Source: Ktedonobacteria bacterium (GTDB taxonomy: Bacteria > Chloroflexota > Ktedonobacteria > Ktedonobacterales > JACDGC01). Taken from it: a DNA stretch of 64,000 nucleotides. Shown here one piece after another: positions 30,924-40,573 of the stretch. The translations under genes and the position numbers were made by a program. The notes beneath the pieces are model-generated. The model searched no databases and was not told where the DNA came from. It was given only the letters and a program-made list of their open reading frames with translations. The DNA lies in the NCBI GenBank assembly GCA_027459705.1, contig DAIDHM010000104.1:456-64455 (forward strand), read 5' to 3'. How positions within the stretch are numbered: the first letter of the stretch is position 1; each line of letters starts with the position of its first letter.

Positions 30924-31165
30924 CGTGCGATGAGCTACTGGTTTACCTCTCAGACTATATCGACCGCGATCTCAATGATGAATTTGTGCAGGTCGCGCGC
31001 GACCACCTGGCGACCTGCCAGCATTGCCAGGTGGTCCTCAATACGACCCAACGGGTCGTTGCCCTGGGTCACAACGAGCAACGCAAGCTGGACGCTGGCC
31101 ATCGCGCCCTGCTCTTTGATAGGCTGCATTCCACGCTCGTCGCGCGCGAGACACCGAAGGCGTGA
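30920..31165 (+). CDS. zf-HC2 anti-sigma factor
   Basis: MTC...LSDYID...HLATCQHC; ATGA overlap with the sigma gene. Confidence 0.9.
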   Translation: MTCDELLVYLSDYIDRDLNDEFVQVARDHLATCQHCQVVLNTTQRVVALGHNEQRKLDAGHRALLFDRLHSTLVARETPKA

Positions 31166-31385
31166 ATCGCGATCGACAGAGGGATATGGTCGGGGCCACT
31201 ATTGCTAGCAATGGTCGTGCATCGAGTGATTCTAGATTGCCGAGAACCAAGCGTGATCTATCGATCCACTGCACCTCAGCGATCAGGTGCTAGCGTACAA
31301 CACAGCAACGCGGAAGACGCCAACTAAGGCAAACCGTGCACCACGGCGACCAGGGCGGTAGCGGCGCTGCACGCGCCAGCGTTCC

Positions 31386-31557
31386 TCCGCCGAGCACCCG
31401 TTCCTCACGGAGGATTGCGGCTTCGTCCCGGCGCAGACGCTGCGGGTAGGCGAGCAGGTGGTGCGGGGCGCGATGGCAGCGCGGGCGTGTTCGCGACGGT
31501 GTGGATGGAGCCCGGTGCGGCGGTGGGGTATAATCTATGCACACACCTATTTGGTTC
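31386..31557 (+). pseudogene. Frameshifted remnant of a polymorphic-toxin-type Hint domain
   Basis: Across frameshifts it reads SAEHPFLTEDCGFVPAQTLRVGEQVVR / DGSAGVFATVWMEPGAAVGYNL / HTYLV. Confidence 0.7.
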
Positions 31558-31663
31558 GATGACAACGGATAGGCAAAGGAAGAGTAGGTCATCATCGGAC
31601 ACTGAACGCTTTGCCGAATCCCATACCTCGCTCAATTTGACCAAATAGAACGAAAGTTGGCCA

Positions 31664-31912
31664 ATGCTGGATGTACAACTCACTCGCGACTTCGCTCTCT
31701 TTATCGCTAACCAGCCTACTGCTGAACAGATCTTGGCATTTACAGCATCTGATGCCGCGATCGAACGTGCCTATGTCTTCATTGATGCGGAGCGTGAACG
31801 CGCGCTCTCCGAAGAAGAACGACATGAAATTGATACCTATTTGCTTATCCAGCATATTATGATTTTAGCCAAGGCGAAAGCGCGTCGTAAACTGCAACGA
31901 CGAACCTCATAA
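31664..31912 (+). CDS. Small helical protein, putative antitoxin/partner of the HNH nuclease
   Basis: 82 aa, 1 bp upstream of the HNH gene; EQILAF...LSEEE..E...Y..HIMILAKAKAR. Confidence 0.65.
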   Translation: MLDVQLTRDFALFIANQPTAEQILAFTASDAAIERAYVFIDAERERALSEEERHEIDTYLLIQHIMILAKAKARRKLQRRTS

Positions 31913-31913
31913 T

Positions 31914-32275
31914 ATGGCGGCGAGGAAATCCATTCCAGAACGTCTGAGAATCCAGGTACGGGAACGTGCTCTGGGACGATGCGAGTATTGATTGCTACCG
32001 GATGATATGGTATTGCTCCCGCATGAAGCGGATCATATCATCGCGGAACAACATGGTGGACTTACCCAGTTCGAGAACCTTGCCTGGTCGTGCTTTGCGT
32101 GCAACCATTATAAAGGGCCTAATATATCTTCGATAGATCCGGAGACTGGAAAGGTCGTAGCGTTATTTCTTCCGCGAAACCAACGATGGAATCGCCATTT
32201 CAAGCTGCTGGGGGCAAACATTCAGCCACTCACTGGACCAGGAAGAGTGACGGTCAGCTGACTATTATTGAATAC
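31914..32275 (+). pseudogene. HNH endonuclease with in-frame TGA stops (31989 and 32259), 3' end cut by an IS remnant
   Basis: VRERALGRCEY*LLP...DHIIAEQHGG...NLAWSCFACNHYKG...GRVTVS*LLLN. Confidence 0.8.
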
Positions 32276-32797
32276 ACCAACATCCCTATGGTGCGCGGCT
32301 ATCTCTCTTTGGTAGCCGTGATCGATTGGTACAGTTGCTACATGTGAGCATGGGAACTTTCGAACACGGACGAGACCGGTTTCTGTCTAGCAACCTTGGA
32401 ACGAGCGTTGAGAGGACGACGACCGCGCATCTTCAACACCGACCAAGGAAGTCAATTCACTAGTGAGCAGTATCTCCAGCAGCTCATACAAGCAGGCATC
32501 ACTTTCATCTGGGATGGGAGAGGGCGAGCATTGGATAACCTAATTGTCGAGCACCTGTGGCGATCCGTCAAATTTGAGCAGGTCTATTTGCGCGAATATG
32601 CGGATGGCCATGAGGCACACCGTCACCTGGCAGCGTATTTTTGTTTTTACAACGAAGAACGCTTGTATCAATCCCTGGGATATCAAACCCCGACAGCGGT
32701 GTATTTTCAACCTGTGGGTGGATTCCCGCGCAATTCAGCCCGCTCTTTTTAACTTTTTATCGTCGTTTTGAGGTCCATATTACGGGGGGCACCATAG
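32276..32797 (+). mobile_element. IS3-family transposase (rve integrase core) remnant
   Basis: IPMVRGYLSLVAVIDWYS..*AWELSNT, IFNTDQGSQFTS, GRALDN..VEHLWRSVKFE, YNEER.YQSLGYQTP; 5'-truncated, with an internal stop. Confidence 0.88.
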
Positions 32798-33058
32798 GGC
32801 TGATACTCAGCGAACCAGTGTAAATGAAAACAATGTTAAATCTGAATTTTTTTATAACGGTATCTGGTGAAAACTATTGACAAGTTGGACTGTACATATT
32901 ATTATTGCTATGTAAGTGAGAGTTCTACTGTTCAAGAGAGGCAGGTGAGCAATCTCTCGCCACTTATAACTTGGTGATTTTCGTTTGCAGAACTTAGTAC
33001 AATTCATACAATCAGAAGAGGAGAATGTACACATGTCTCGCACACCGCACACCGCACG

Positions 33059-33607
33059 TTGATTCAAATTTTTACTGTTGTACTATCACTATTTGCCCTA
33101 TTCTGGGGTGCTTCGGGATCTATAGTACCGGCTTATGCCAGTACAGTAAATAGCCCACCTGGGGGTAATCCATCACATGGAATCGAAAACAAGGCAACAT
33201 ACGGTCCATCAGCGGGTAGTTCTCCGAATATCAACTATGGTGGTGGAGGGGTAAGTACGTGGCCCTGTACAATCATGGTATTCGCTAGCAAATCTGGCAC
33301 AACACTTCAAGCTGATTCCCTTAACTATTGCAGTGGACCTTGGCAAAGTTCAATTGTTCAATTACAGGCTTGGCATTGTGTTGTGAGTTTTATGAACGAT
33401 TGTTTTAACTGGTCATATCAAGGTCCAATGAATAACGGATCTTGCTCTTGGGGGGCCGGGCTGTATGATGAATGGTGTCCAGGTATGGGAGTCGCTACAT
33501 ATCCAGCGGGATCAGGCCAATTGTGGGATGTCATTGCCACAGTTTTTACAATCGCCCCAAACGGTCAAAGTGCTTCCACGCAGGTTGATCAGAGAATTCA
33601 GTTTTAA
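33059..33607 (+). CDS. Secreted Cys/Trp-rich protein (start uncertain)
   Basis: Signal-peptide-like N-terminus, 6 Cys, AT-rich coding. Confidence 0.65.
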   Translation: MIQIFTVVLSLFALFWGASGSIVPAYASTVNSPPGGNPSHGIENKATYGPSAGSSPNINYGGGGVSTWPCTIMVFASKSGTTLQADSLNYCSGPWQSSIVQLQAWHCVVSFMNDCFNWSYQGPMNNGSCSWGAGLYDEWCPGMGVATYPAGSGQLWDVIATVFTIAPNGQSASTQVDQRIQF

Positions 33608-33700
33608 ATGAAGCTTGTGGCGTGAACGCATTGCTCTGCAGGTCAAGCTACAAATTGTTGCTTGCCTGCGGTAGCGATATAAAGAAAGGGTACTAAAGGT

Positions 33701-34126
33701 ATGGAAATACCATTGTATGGCATCGAGGCTTACATAGAGCTTATTACGAGATGGAGTGAAAAAGCTTTCGAATTGGAAGAACGCAAGTCATTGTTCTTTT
33801 TTTGGCTTACTCTTCTATCACTTCTGTACGAAGATGGCCATTTTAATAAAAATCCTGGGGGTGAACTTACCCGATCCGCATTTGATGGATATCCACCCAT
33901 TGAGTTATTCAGAAGTAGATTGCAAGATCTGCAACATATCGGTGTGAATGAAGGTTTCCTTGTAATTGCTATGCGAGATACATCTGAGCAATTGATTGGG
34001 ATTGAAATGCCGAATAAACTGAAAGATTGGGTGCGAATCGCGGATGAAATTTTGCCAAAATGGATGCGATTCTCTCGCCAGGAAGGAACGTGGCATCGTT
34101 CTCATACTTCTTATCGACCCGAGTGA
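33701..34126 (+). CDS. Hypothetical low-GC protein (possible immunity protein)
   Basis: 141-aa ORF, AT-rich, upstream purine-rich RBS. Confidence 0.55.
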   Translation: MEIPLYGIEAYIELITRWSEKAFELEERKSLFFFWLTLLSLLYEDGHFNKNPGGELTRSAFDGYPPIELFRSRLQDLQHIGVNEGFLVIAMRDTSEQLIGIEMPNKLKDWVRIADEILPKWMRFSRQEGTWHRSHTSYRPE

Positions 34127-34399
34127 CACTTGTGAAAGTGATATATTTGCGGGAATCTTTCCCGCGCGACAAGTCATGAATATGGATGTCATTCACGCTT
34201 CACGAGAGGAGTGAATCTCTAATGCATGCATTCATGCGAAGGCTGATACGGGCATTCGGTGTGTGTGGATGTGGCTCTAGCGGCACGTGGGAGTCCACAA
34301 CCATCTCCTATAACTGCTCAACGTCCCATATATCTCCTACCGGTGAAAAATCAAAGATGGTGCTGGCTGTGGTCAAGAGTCTGGCGTATACACTAATTT

Positions 34400-34585
34400 G
34401 CCGCGCTGGTGGACTGGAGCGCCTGGCCAGAGAGTGTCGCGCTGGATGCTGAGGCGCACGTGGTGTTGCAGTCTGCCCTACGATGCCCCCATCACTGCTG
34501 CGCGAAGCCTTCGTTCTGCGCGATGTCGAGTAGATTCCGACGGCAGAGTGCGCCCATGTCCAGGGGATCCATGAGAGTGCCTGCA
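34400..34585 (+). pseudogene. Degenerate partial duplicate of the ECF sigma gene (copy of about 30624-30810)
   Basis: gccgcgctggtggactggagcgcctggccagagagtgtcgcgctggatgctgaggcgcacg is identical to 30624 onward, then diverges with indels. Confidence 0.9.
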
Positions 34586-34710
34586 CTTCGCGGACACCAC
34601 ATCACCCGCCGACACGCTCGATCACCTCATCGTGCAGAGCGACGGAAGGATTCGCGGTGACCGTGAGCATAGGCGCTAAAACATCCCTGGGGCGGTGGTC
34701 GGCGCGAGCA

Positions 34711-35355
34711 TCAATGCGGTAGCACATGCTGAAACATCGCCAGGGCGAAGGCCAGACCTCCGGCGATGGTGAAGAGGTGGAAGACCTCATGGTAGCCAAA
34801 GATGTGTGGCCAGGGGTCTGGGCGCTTCAGGGCATAGATCACGGCACCCAGCGTATAGAGCGCGCCGCCGATCAGTAGCAGCACAACCAGCGACCAGCCG
34901 GAGGCCGCCACGAAAGCGGGCAACGCCGCCACTGCCACCCAGCCCATCGCGATGTACAGCACTGGCGAGAGCCAGCGTGGTAGCCGCGCCGTGAAGATCG
35001 CTACCACCACGCCGCCGATCGCCAAGCCCCAGATGACGCTGAGGAGGACAACTCGCAATGGCCCATGCAGGAGATTCCAGCACAGCGGCGTATAAGTTCC
35101 CGCGATCACCAGAAAGATGTTGATATGGTCGAAGACGCGCCAGCGTTTCCGGACCGCTTCCGGCCAGGTGCCGATGTGGTACATAGCGCTGACCGTGTAG
35201 AGCGTGATCAGCGTCAAGCCGAAGATCAGCAGTGAGATGCTCTTTGCCCAGTGGGGAATGCTCAAGCTGACCAGGGCGATGGTGATCATCAGCGCGCCAA
35301 CGGCGGCCGCTGCATGAGACCATCCGCGCATCAGCGGCTTCAGTCGTTGCGTCAC
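34711..35355 (-). CDS. Hemolysin III / PAQR family membrane protein
   Basis: RGWSH, SAMYH, DHINIFLVIAGTYTP, GYHEVFHLF. Confidence 0.93.
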   Translation of the reverse strand: MTQRLKPLMRGWSHAAAAVGALMITIALVSLSIPHWAKSISLLIFGLTLITLYTVSAMYHIGTWPEAVRKRWRVFDHINIFLVIAGTYTPLCWNLLHGPLRVVLLSVIWGLAIGGVVVAIFTARLPRWLSPVLYIAMGWVAVAALPAFVAASGWSLVVLLLIGGALYTLGAVIYALKRPDPWPHIFGYHEVFHLFTIAGGLAFALAMFQHVLPH

Positions 35356-35415
35356 CCGCGTTACTCCCGCGATTTCTTTGCTCTCTCAAGAGACGAGCGT
35401 GACGTACCATCGGTC

Positions 35416-36144
35416 TCAATGCGCGCCTTGTTGGCGGATGGACTTCGCGATCAGATCTTTCCAAAATTGCTCAAGCAGTTCGCAAGCCATCAACGCTTCG
35501 ACCACCCCCGGTTCATATGCTTGCCCGTGGACGATAGCGTTGATCCGCGCTATCGTCAACTCTGGGCAGGGTCGTTCTGTGAGCGTCATTTCCATCCCTG
35601 GCGTGATCAATCCTTCATGCAGGACCCCACAATACCAACCGGTCCGCCCGGTCGACGCCACTTGCGCGCGCAGATCAGCGATGCGCCAGCGCCGTGCGAT
35701 ATTTTGGCAAGGATAGCGCGGACCCGCAACCTGAATGCGCGCCTCACCCAGCGCGAAACTATCGCCGATACAGACATTCGACTCGTTGAAGACGGTCACG
35801 GTGAAATTTTCGCCCAGCCCACCTGGCCCGAACTCCGTAAGCCCCGTCTCGGCCTGCCAGCGAGGATAGTGTTCCAGGGCATAGATCAACACTGCCTGGT
35901 TCGGGTGGCCATGATGTTTGGTGTCTGCTTGCTGATTACCTGCCAGATGCGTTGTAAAGAGCCAGCGCGGTTCTGCGCTGGGTGTACGGAAGAAGGAGGT
36001 GCGCCACGTGTGCTTGCGTGTGGAATCCGCTGTTGCATCGCTCGTGCGCGTGTTCAACACTGGCAATGGGTGGCGTTGTGGTGACCCTACTTGCACGCTA
36101 AATAACACGCCACTCGCCCCGATCTGTTCACGTCCCACCGTCAT
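35416..36144 (-). CDS. MOSC domain protein (YiiM-like)
   Basis: QAD.KHHG, GENFT, CIGD, PRYPC, GRTGWY. Confidence 0.92.
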   Translation of the reverse strand: MTVGREQIGASGVLFSVQVGSPQRHPLPVLNTRTSDATADSTRKHTWRTSFFRTPSAEPRWLFTTHLAGNQQADTKHHGHPNQAVLIYALEHYPRWQAETGLTEFGPGGLGENFTVTVFNESNVCIGDSFALGEARIQVAGPRYPCQNIARRWRIADLRAQVASTGRTGWYCGVLHEGLITPGMEMTLTERPCPELTIARINAIVHGQAYEPGVVEALMACELLEQFWKDLIAKSIRQQGAH

Positions 36145-36221
36145 GCTATGCTCCTTATCGTTGCTATGCTCTGTGCGATCTCATGGGCTGTTCTTGCAAG
36201 TTTACCCGTACATCCTGGCCG

Positions 36222-36998
36222 CTAGGCAGAAGCGCCCCCATAGTGCCGCAAACCGAAGAACCAGAACCAGCGCGCGAAGCCCAGCAACAACAGCGCCAGG
36301 GCTGCCGCGCCGACCATCGTCTGCCACGTGAGCCGATTGGTGATCGCCTCCGCCGGAACAGTCACAGCAAAGGCAATCGGTACCAGGAAGGTGAGCCCGA
36401 GGCGTAGCCAATCTGGATAGACCGTCACCGGCCAACGTCCGGCTTGATAGACACCCTGGAAAAGCTCCACAATGTTGTCCATTCGAATCACCCAGAAGGC
36501 GCCCGTCGTCAGGATCAGCCAGAAGCAATAGATCATCAGGCCGCCGAGCAGCAGCGCGACCACGAACGCCAACGCATCCACAATACCGACATGACCACCT
36601 AACTGGACGATCGCCACGATGACGATCCCCGCGCCCAGCAGGATGTTCAAAACCTGCCAGATGCGCACCTCGCGGACACTGACCAACAACTGCGAGTCGG
36701 TCGGCTTGGTCAGTGCATAGTCCAGCGTCCCCTGCTGCACGTCCTCCATCAACCGCTGCATGTTGGGATTGATCGTTGTGGCAATCAAGCCACCCATCAT
36801 CGTATACACCCCCATGACGGCCAGCAACTCTGGCGACGTCCAGCCGCGCAACGTCGCCGTATGGCTAAAAACCAACGCCAGACCGATGAGTCCCGTCCCC
36901 AACGAAATTAGTGATTGGAAGAATTGAATGAAGAAGTTGACCCGGTACTGTAGCTCGTTCATTGCGCCGACGCGAAAAAAAAGCCAGAGCAATCGCAT
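36222..36998 (-). CDS. ABC-2 family transporter permease
   Basis: LQYRVNF, GTLDYALTKP, GLRHYGGASA. Confidence 0.9.
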   Translation of the reverse strand: MRLLWLFFRVGAMNELQYRVNFFIQFFQSLISLGTGLIGLALVFSHTATLRGWTSPELLAVMGVYTMMGGLIATTINPNMQRLMEDVQQGTLDYALTKPTDSQLLVSVREVRIWQVLNILLGAGIVIVAIVQLGGHVGIVDALAFVVALLLGGLMIYCFWLILTTGAFWVIRMDNIVELFQGVYQAGRWPVTVYPDWLRLGLTFLVPIAFAVTVPAEAITNRLTWQTMVGAAALALLLLGFARWFWFFGLRHYGGASA

Positions 36999-37057
36999 GG
37001 GACTATGCCGCCTTCCCGATAGACTCTTCCCGTGTTTTTGTATATCGTGGTGGGCGG

Positions 37058-37870
37058 TTAGTTCCCCACCGAGGTGAACTGACGGATACCCGCGCGCCAG
37101 ACGACAGCGAGAATCAGGCTATAGATGACGACCCACAGTGCTTGCAACCCCAATCCGCTCACCAATTGGCTGATGGAGAGCGAGCCAATCAGTGATTCAA
37201 TCGGAAAGTTGAACGTCCACTGGAAGGGCAGGAAGTTCGAGACCTGTTGCACCCAGGCGGGCATCAGTGACATCGGCACCAACCGCCCGGAAAAGATCAG
37301 CTCCAACGCCATATACAACTCGAAGATCGCGGCAGTGCGCGTCGTCCAAAATGTAATCATCCCGAGGAGCCAGAGGGCCAGTGAGCGGATCAAATAGCCG
37401 CCCCAGATCGCGATCAAGAAGGTCACGACACCAGGCGCTGTCGGGTTGAAGGTGGGATGGAAGACGAGGGTCAGCGCAATCGCGATGGGGATCCACATGA
37501 CGATCCAGGCGATCTTAGCGCCGCCGAACCAGGCAAGATCGTAATGGATTGGATGCAATGGGCGCAGCAACATCGCTGAGAGTTCGCCGTGTTGAATGCG
37601 CTGTTCCCAGCCATAGGGCGTGAAGACAATATTCATGCTGCGCACCAGCGTCCAGACAATATAATACGCAGCAAAACCTCCGGCAGTGAAGCCGCCGACC
37701 GAACCACCCTGAGCGTTGGCAATCGTCGACCAGACGACGAGATAGATCACTGGCTCTGCCACCATTCCCAGCGTATAGAAATAATGCGAGACACGGTACT
37801 GGAATTGGTTGATGATGGCCGTCTTGATCGTCGCCAGATAAAACTGGACCAGGTAACTGATCGCGGTCAT
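37058..37870 (-). CDS. ABC-2 family transporter permease
   Basis: FQYR, IQHGELSAMLLRP, LPFQW, GIRQFTSVGN. Confidence 0.9.
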   Translation of the reverse strand: MTAISYLVQFYLATIKTAIINQFQYRVSHYFYTLGMVAEPVIYLVVWSTIANAQGGSVGGFTAGGFAAYYIVWTLVRSMNIVFTPYGWEQRIQHGELSAMLLRPLHPIHYDLAWFGGAKIAWIVMWIPIAIALTLVFHPTFNPTAPGVVTFLIAIWGGYLIRSLALWLLGMITFWTTRTAAIFELYMALELIFSGRLVPMSLMPAWVQQVSNFLPFQWTFNFPIESLIGSLSISQLVSGLGLQALWVVIYSLILAVVWRAGIRQFTSVGN

Positions 37871-38868
37871 GTCGCGGCCACCTCCGCGGTCGCTCCCTGC
37901 GCGAAGACCTGCTCGATGACGTCTTCAATCGGCGGATCTTCAATGGTCAGGTCCAACACCGGGTAGTCCGCCAGGATGCGCGAGGTGACGCGCGAAGCCT
38001 CATTCCGTGGTACCTGGAGCTTGGTGAGTGCTCCATCACGAGCCACGATCGTGCCATAGCCCGCGAGATCCACGGTGACATCATCCAGTGTGATGCCGAT
38101 GGTCTTATAAGCAGCGAAGCGGTCGCTGAGCGCGCTGAGCTGGCCATCGAAGAGAATTGTCCCATGGTGAATGACGATCACGCGCTGGCAGAGTGCGGCG
38201 ACATCAGCCATATAGTGGCTGGTGAGCAGGACAGTCGCACCATAGCGCTGGTTGTAATCAGCGACGAAAGACCGAATGCGCTTCTGCATCGTCACGTCCA
38301 GGCCAATTGTCGGCTCATCCAGGTAGAGGACGCGCGGGCGGTGCAGGAGCGCGCCGATGATCTCCATCTTCATACGCTCACCCAGCGAAAGGTTGCGGAC
38401 CGGCTTGTGGACCAGGTCGCCAACTTCTAGCAGTTCGATGAACGCATCGCGGGTCGCGATATATTGATCCATGGGAATGCGATAGATCGCCCGGTTGAGA
38501 TTAAACGAGTCCAGTGCCGGAAGGTCCCATTGAAGCTGGTTGCGGTTCCCCATGATCAACGCGATCTGGCGTAAGAATTCTGGTTGGCGACGTGACGGAG
38601 TATGCCCCAGCACGCTGGCGACCCCATCAGTGGGATAGAGCAATCCGGACAGCATCTTCAGCGTCGTCGTCTTGCCTGCGCCATTTGGCCCCAGGAAACC
38701 GACGACTTCGCCGGGCGTGACCGCGAAGCTGATGCCACCGACCGCGGCAATATCACGCGTCTTGCGCTGAACCAGGCTGCGCAATGCCGCGCGCAGCCCG
38801 TCCTCGCGGACAGGGACGCGATAGATCTTGCGTAATGCTTCCACTTGGATGATAGGCTCAGGGGCCAT
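37867..38868 (-). CDS. ABC transporter ATP-binding protein
   Basis: GPNGAGKTT, LSLGERMK, LDEPTIGLD, LTSHYM. Confidence 0.95.
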   Translation of the reverse strand: MAPEPIIQVEALRKIYRVPVREDGLRAALRSLVQRKTRDIAAVGGISFAVTPGEVVGFLGPNGAGKTTTLKMLSGLLYPTDGVASVLGHTPSRRQPEFLRQIALIMGNRNQLQWDLPALDSFNLNRAIYRIPMDQYIATRDAFIELLEVGDLVHKPVRNLSLGERMKMEIIGALLHRPRVLYLDEPTIGLDVTMQKRIRSFVADYNQRYGATVLLTSHYMADVAALCQRVIVIHHGTILFDGQLSALSDRFAAYKTIGITLDDVTVDLAGYGTIVARDGALTKLQVPRNEASRVTSRILADYPVLDLTIEDPPIEDVIEQVFAQGATAEVAAT

Positions 38869-39075
38869 GACATGGTTCCCCTTTCTTTGGACAACCCGCG
38901 AGAGGACTCTTCCAGGCGCGGTCTTCAGCATACGCCTCGCACCAGCACGACGTCAAGCAATCCTTGAAGGCCTGGGAGAGTCCACGTTCATTCTCGGACC
39001 GCCTACCAGAGAGCACACCCTGGTACATTCTCCTGATGCCATGATTCCGGTATGCTATAATATATTGCATAGGGG

Positions 39076-39456
39076 TTGATGCACGTGAATGATTCTTCAG
39101 GAGGCAGTGCGCTGGATAGTGCCGAGAGTGCACGGCGGATGGTTGACGCCGCGGTAGACAAAAAGGCTCAAGATGTTGTTTTGCTTGATATTCATGATGT
39201 CTCATCCATTGCGGATTACTTTGTGATCTGCACTGGGGGAAATCCACGACAAATCTCCGCCATCGCCGAAGCGATCGACGAACAACTGGGAGATGTCGGA
39301 GTTGATCTTATTCGACGTGAAGGCAAACCAGACTCGGGCTGGATGCTACTGGATTTCGGGGATGTCGTCTGCCATATCTTCGGCCCCGTCGAACGCGAAT
39401 TCTATCGGCTCGAGCGCATCTGGAGTGCCGCGCCACGTCTCCTCTATGTTGAGTAA
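39076..39456 (+). CDS. rsfS: Ribosome silencing factor
   Basis: DKKAQDV..LDI..SIADYFVICTG, WMLLDFGDVVCHIF, REFYRLERIW. Confidence 0.95.
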   Translation: MMHVNDSSGGSALDSAESARRMVDAAVDKKAQDVVLLDIHDVSSIADYFVICTGGNPRQISAIAEAIDEQLGDVGVDLIRREGKPDSGWMLLDFGDVVCHIFGPVEREFYRLERIWSAAPRLLYVE

Positions 39457-39599
39457 CCCCGATCCCATCATCTTGCCTGGGTTGCGGAGCGTTCCCACAC
39501 AAAACGCCCAGTCTCCCACTGGGAGACGATGTATCAGTTTCAGAAAGCGAGGCAGCATCTTTTTCCCAACCGCTGGAGTTGGTGGATGCTGAAGGTGTG

Positions 39600-39782
39600 A
39601 TGACAACGACGTTCCGCAATCGCTTCTTTCTTGCGGGCATTCTGTTTGGGAGCCTTTTTGGACTGCTCACCGGCTCGCTTGTGGCATTCCAGGTCGGTTC
39701 CAACCGCCAGGCCATGCAACAAATCATTGTGCGGCGGTGGCGCCGTCGCCAACCGATCCCTTATAACAATATTCGCGTCTGA
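39600..39782 (+). CDS. Small membrane protein
   Basis: 60 aa with one TM (FFLAGILFGSLFGLLTGSLVA). Confidence 0.55.
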   Translation: MTTTFRNRFFLAGILFGSLFGLLTGSLVAFQVGSNRQAMQQIIVRRWRRRQPIPYNNIRV

Positions 39783-39862
39783 TCGCTTCCCCCATTGCCT
39801 ATCCCTGGTTGCGGGCCAAACAGCTATCGGTTGTTCAGCCCGCAACCACTGTATGCTACCTA

Positions 39863-40522
39863 TCACGACGACACGCGGGCCGCCCGTCGTGCGTCCCACC
39901 AGAATGCGACTAAAGCACAGCTCGCGGCAAGTACCGCGAGGCCGGCCAGTTCCAGGCCGAGTGGCGACGAGCGCGTCGGAGTTGTGGATAATGGAAGACG
40001 TTGTGTTTTGGTAGCGAGAATGTTCATTGCAAAGGGTGATAATTGCCCATCTACCTCAATCTGATAATTGCCCGGCGCCACCATCTGCAATCCGAGCGTC
40101 GCGCTAAAGGTGCCGCTGGCATCAGCTTTCGTCACGATACTGAGGGCAGCGGCAGGCGTTGCAGTGGTCGGCGTTGGTGAGACTGTGGTCTGAGAAGGCG
40201 CGGCAGACCGCGCCATCAGTGCGATAACCACTCTGGCCTCCGGTGCATCCGCGGAGCCTGAGACCATCAGTTGATCACTCACCTGGACCTGACAGATGGC
40301 CGCCGCATCGCAGGATATTCCGCCGACGCTCCGCACGGCCAGGACGCGCGCACCTGGCTGAGGGGTCGGTGTCGCCGACAGAGCGCGTAGCTGTGGCATC
40401 GATCCTGTACCGGACGTGGCGAACGTCACTGGCAACGCACCTAGACAGATCGTCAACATGGTCAGGATTCCGAGCGCGCGCGTGCCGTGCAGCAACATCG
40501 GTGGATTCCTCCAGAATCTCAT
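39863..40522 (-). CDS. Exported protein with C-terminal TM anchor, last gene of the vWA/PP2C/kinase operon
   Basis: Signal peptide, beta-rich middle, C-terminal TM followed by basic residues; GGAGG RBS. Confidence 0.7.
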   Translation of the reverse strand: MRFWRNPPMLLHGTRALGILTMLTICLGALPVTFATSGTGSMPQLRALSATPTPQPGARVLAVRSVGGISCDAAAICQVQVSDQLMVSGSADAPEARVVIALMARSAAPSQTTVSPTPTTATPAAALSIVTKADASGTFSATLGLQMVAPGNYQIEVDGQLSPFAMNILATKTQRLPLSTTPTRSSPLGLELAGLAVLAASCALVAFWWDARRAARVSS

Positions 40523-40573
40523 GCAGTTACCTCCGCGGTGCGATCCGCGCCTGAAGGCGTGAATTGAGCGAGA

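Noticed and set aside
31989-31991. Selenocysteine at the HNH CxxC (CEY-TGA)
   Set aside because: The same gene has a second in-frame TGA and is truncated by an IS remnant in a decaying island; nonsense mutation is simpler, and no SECIS was recognised
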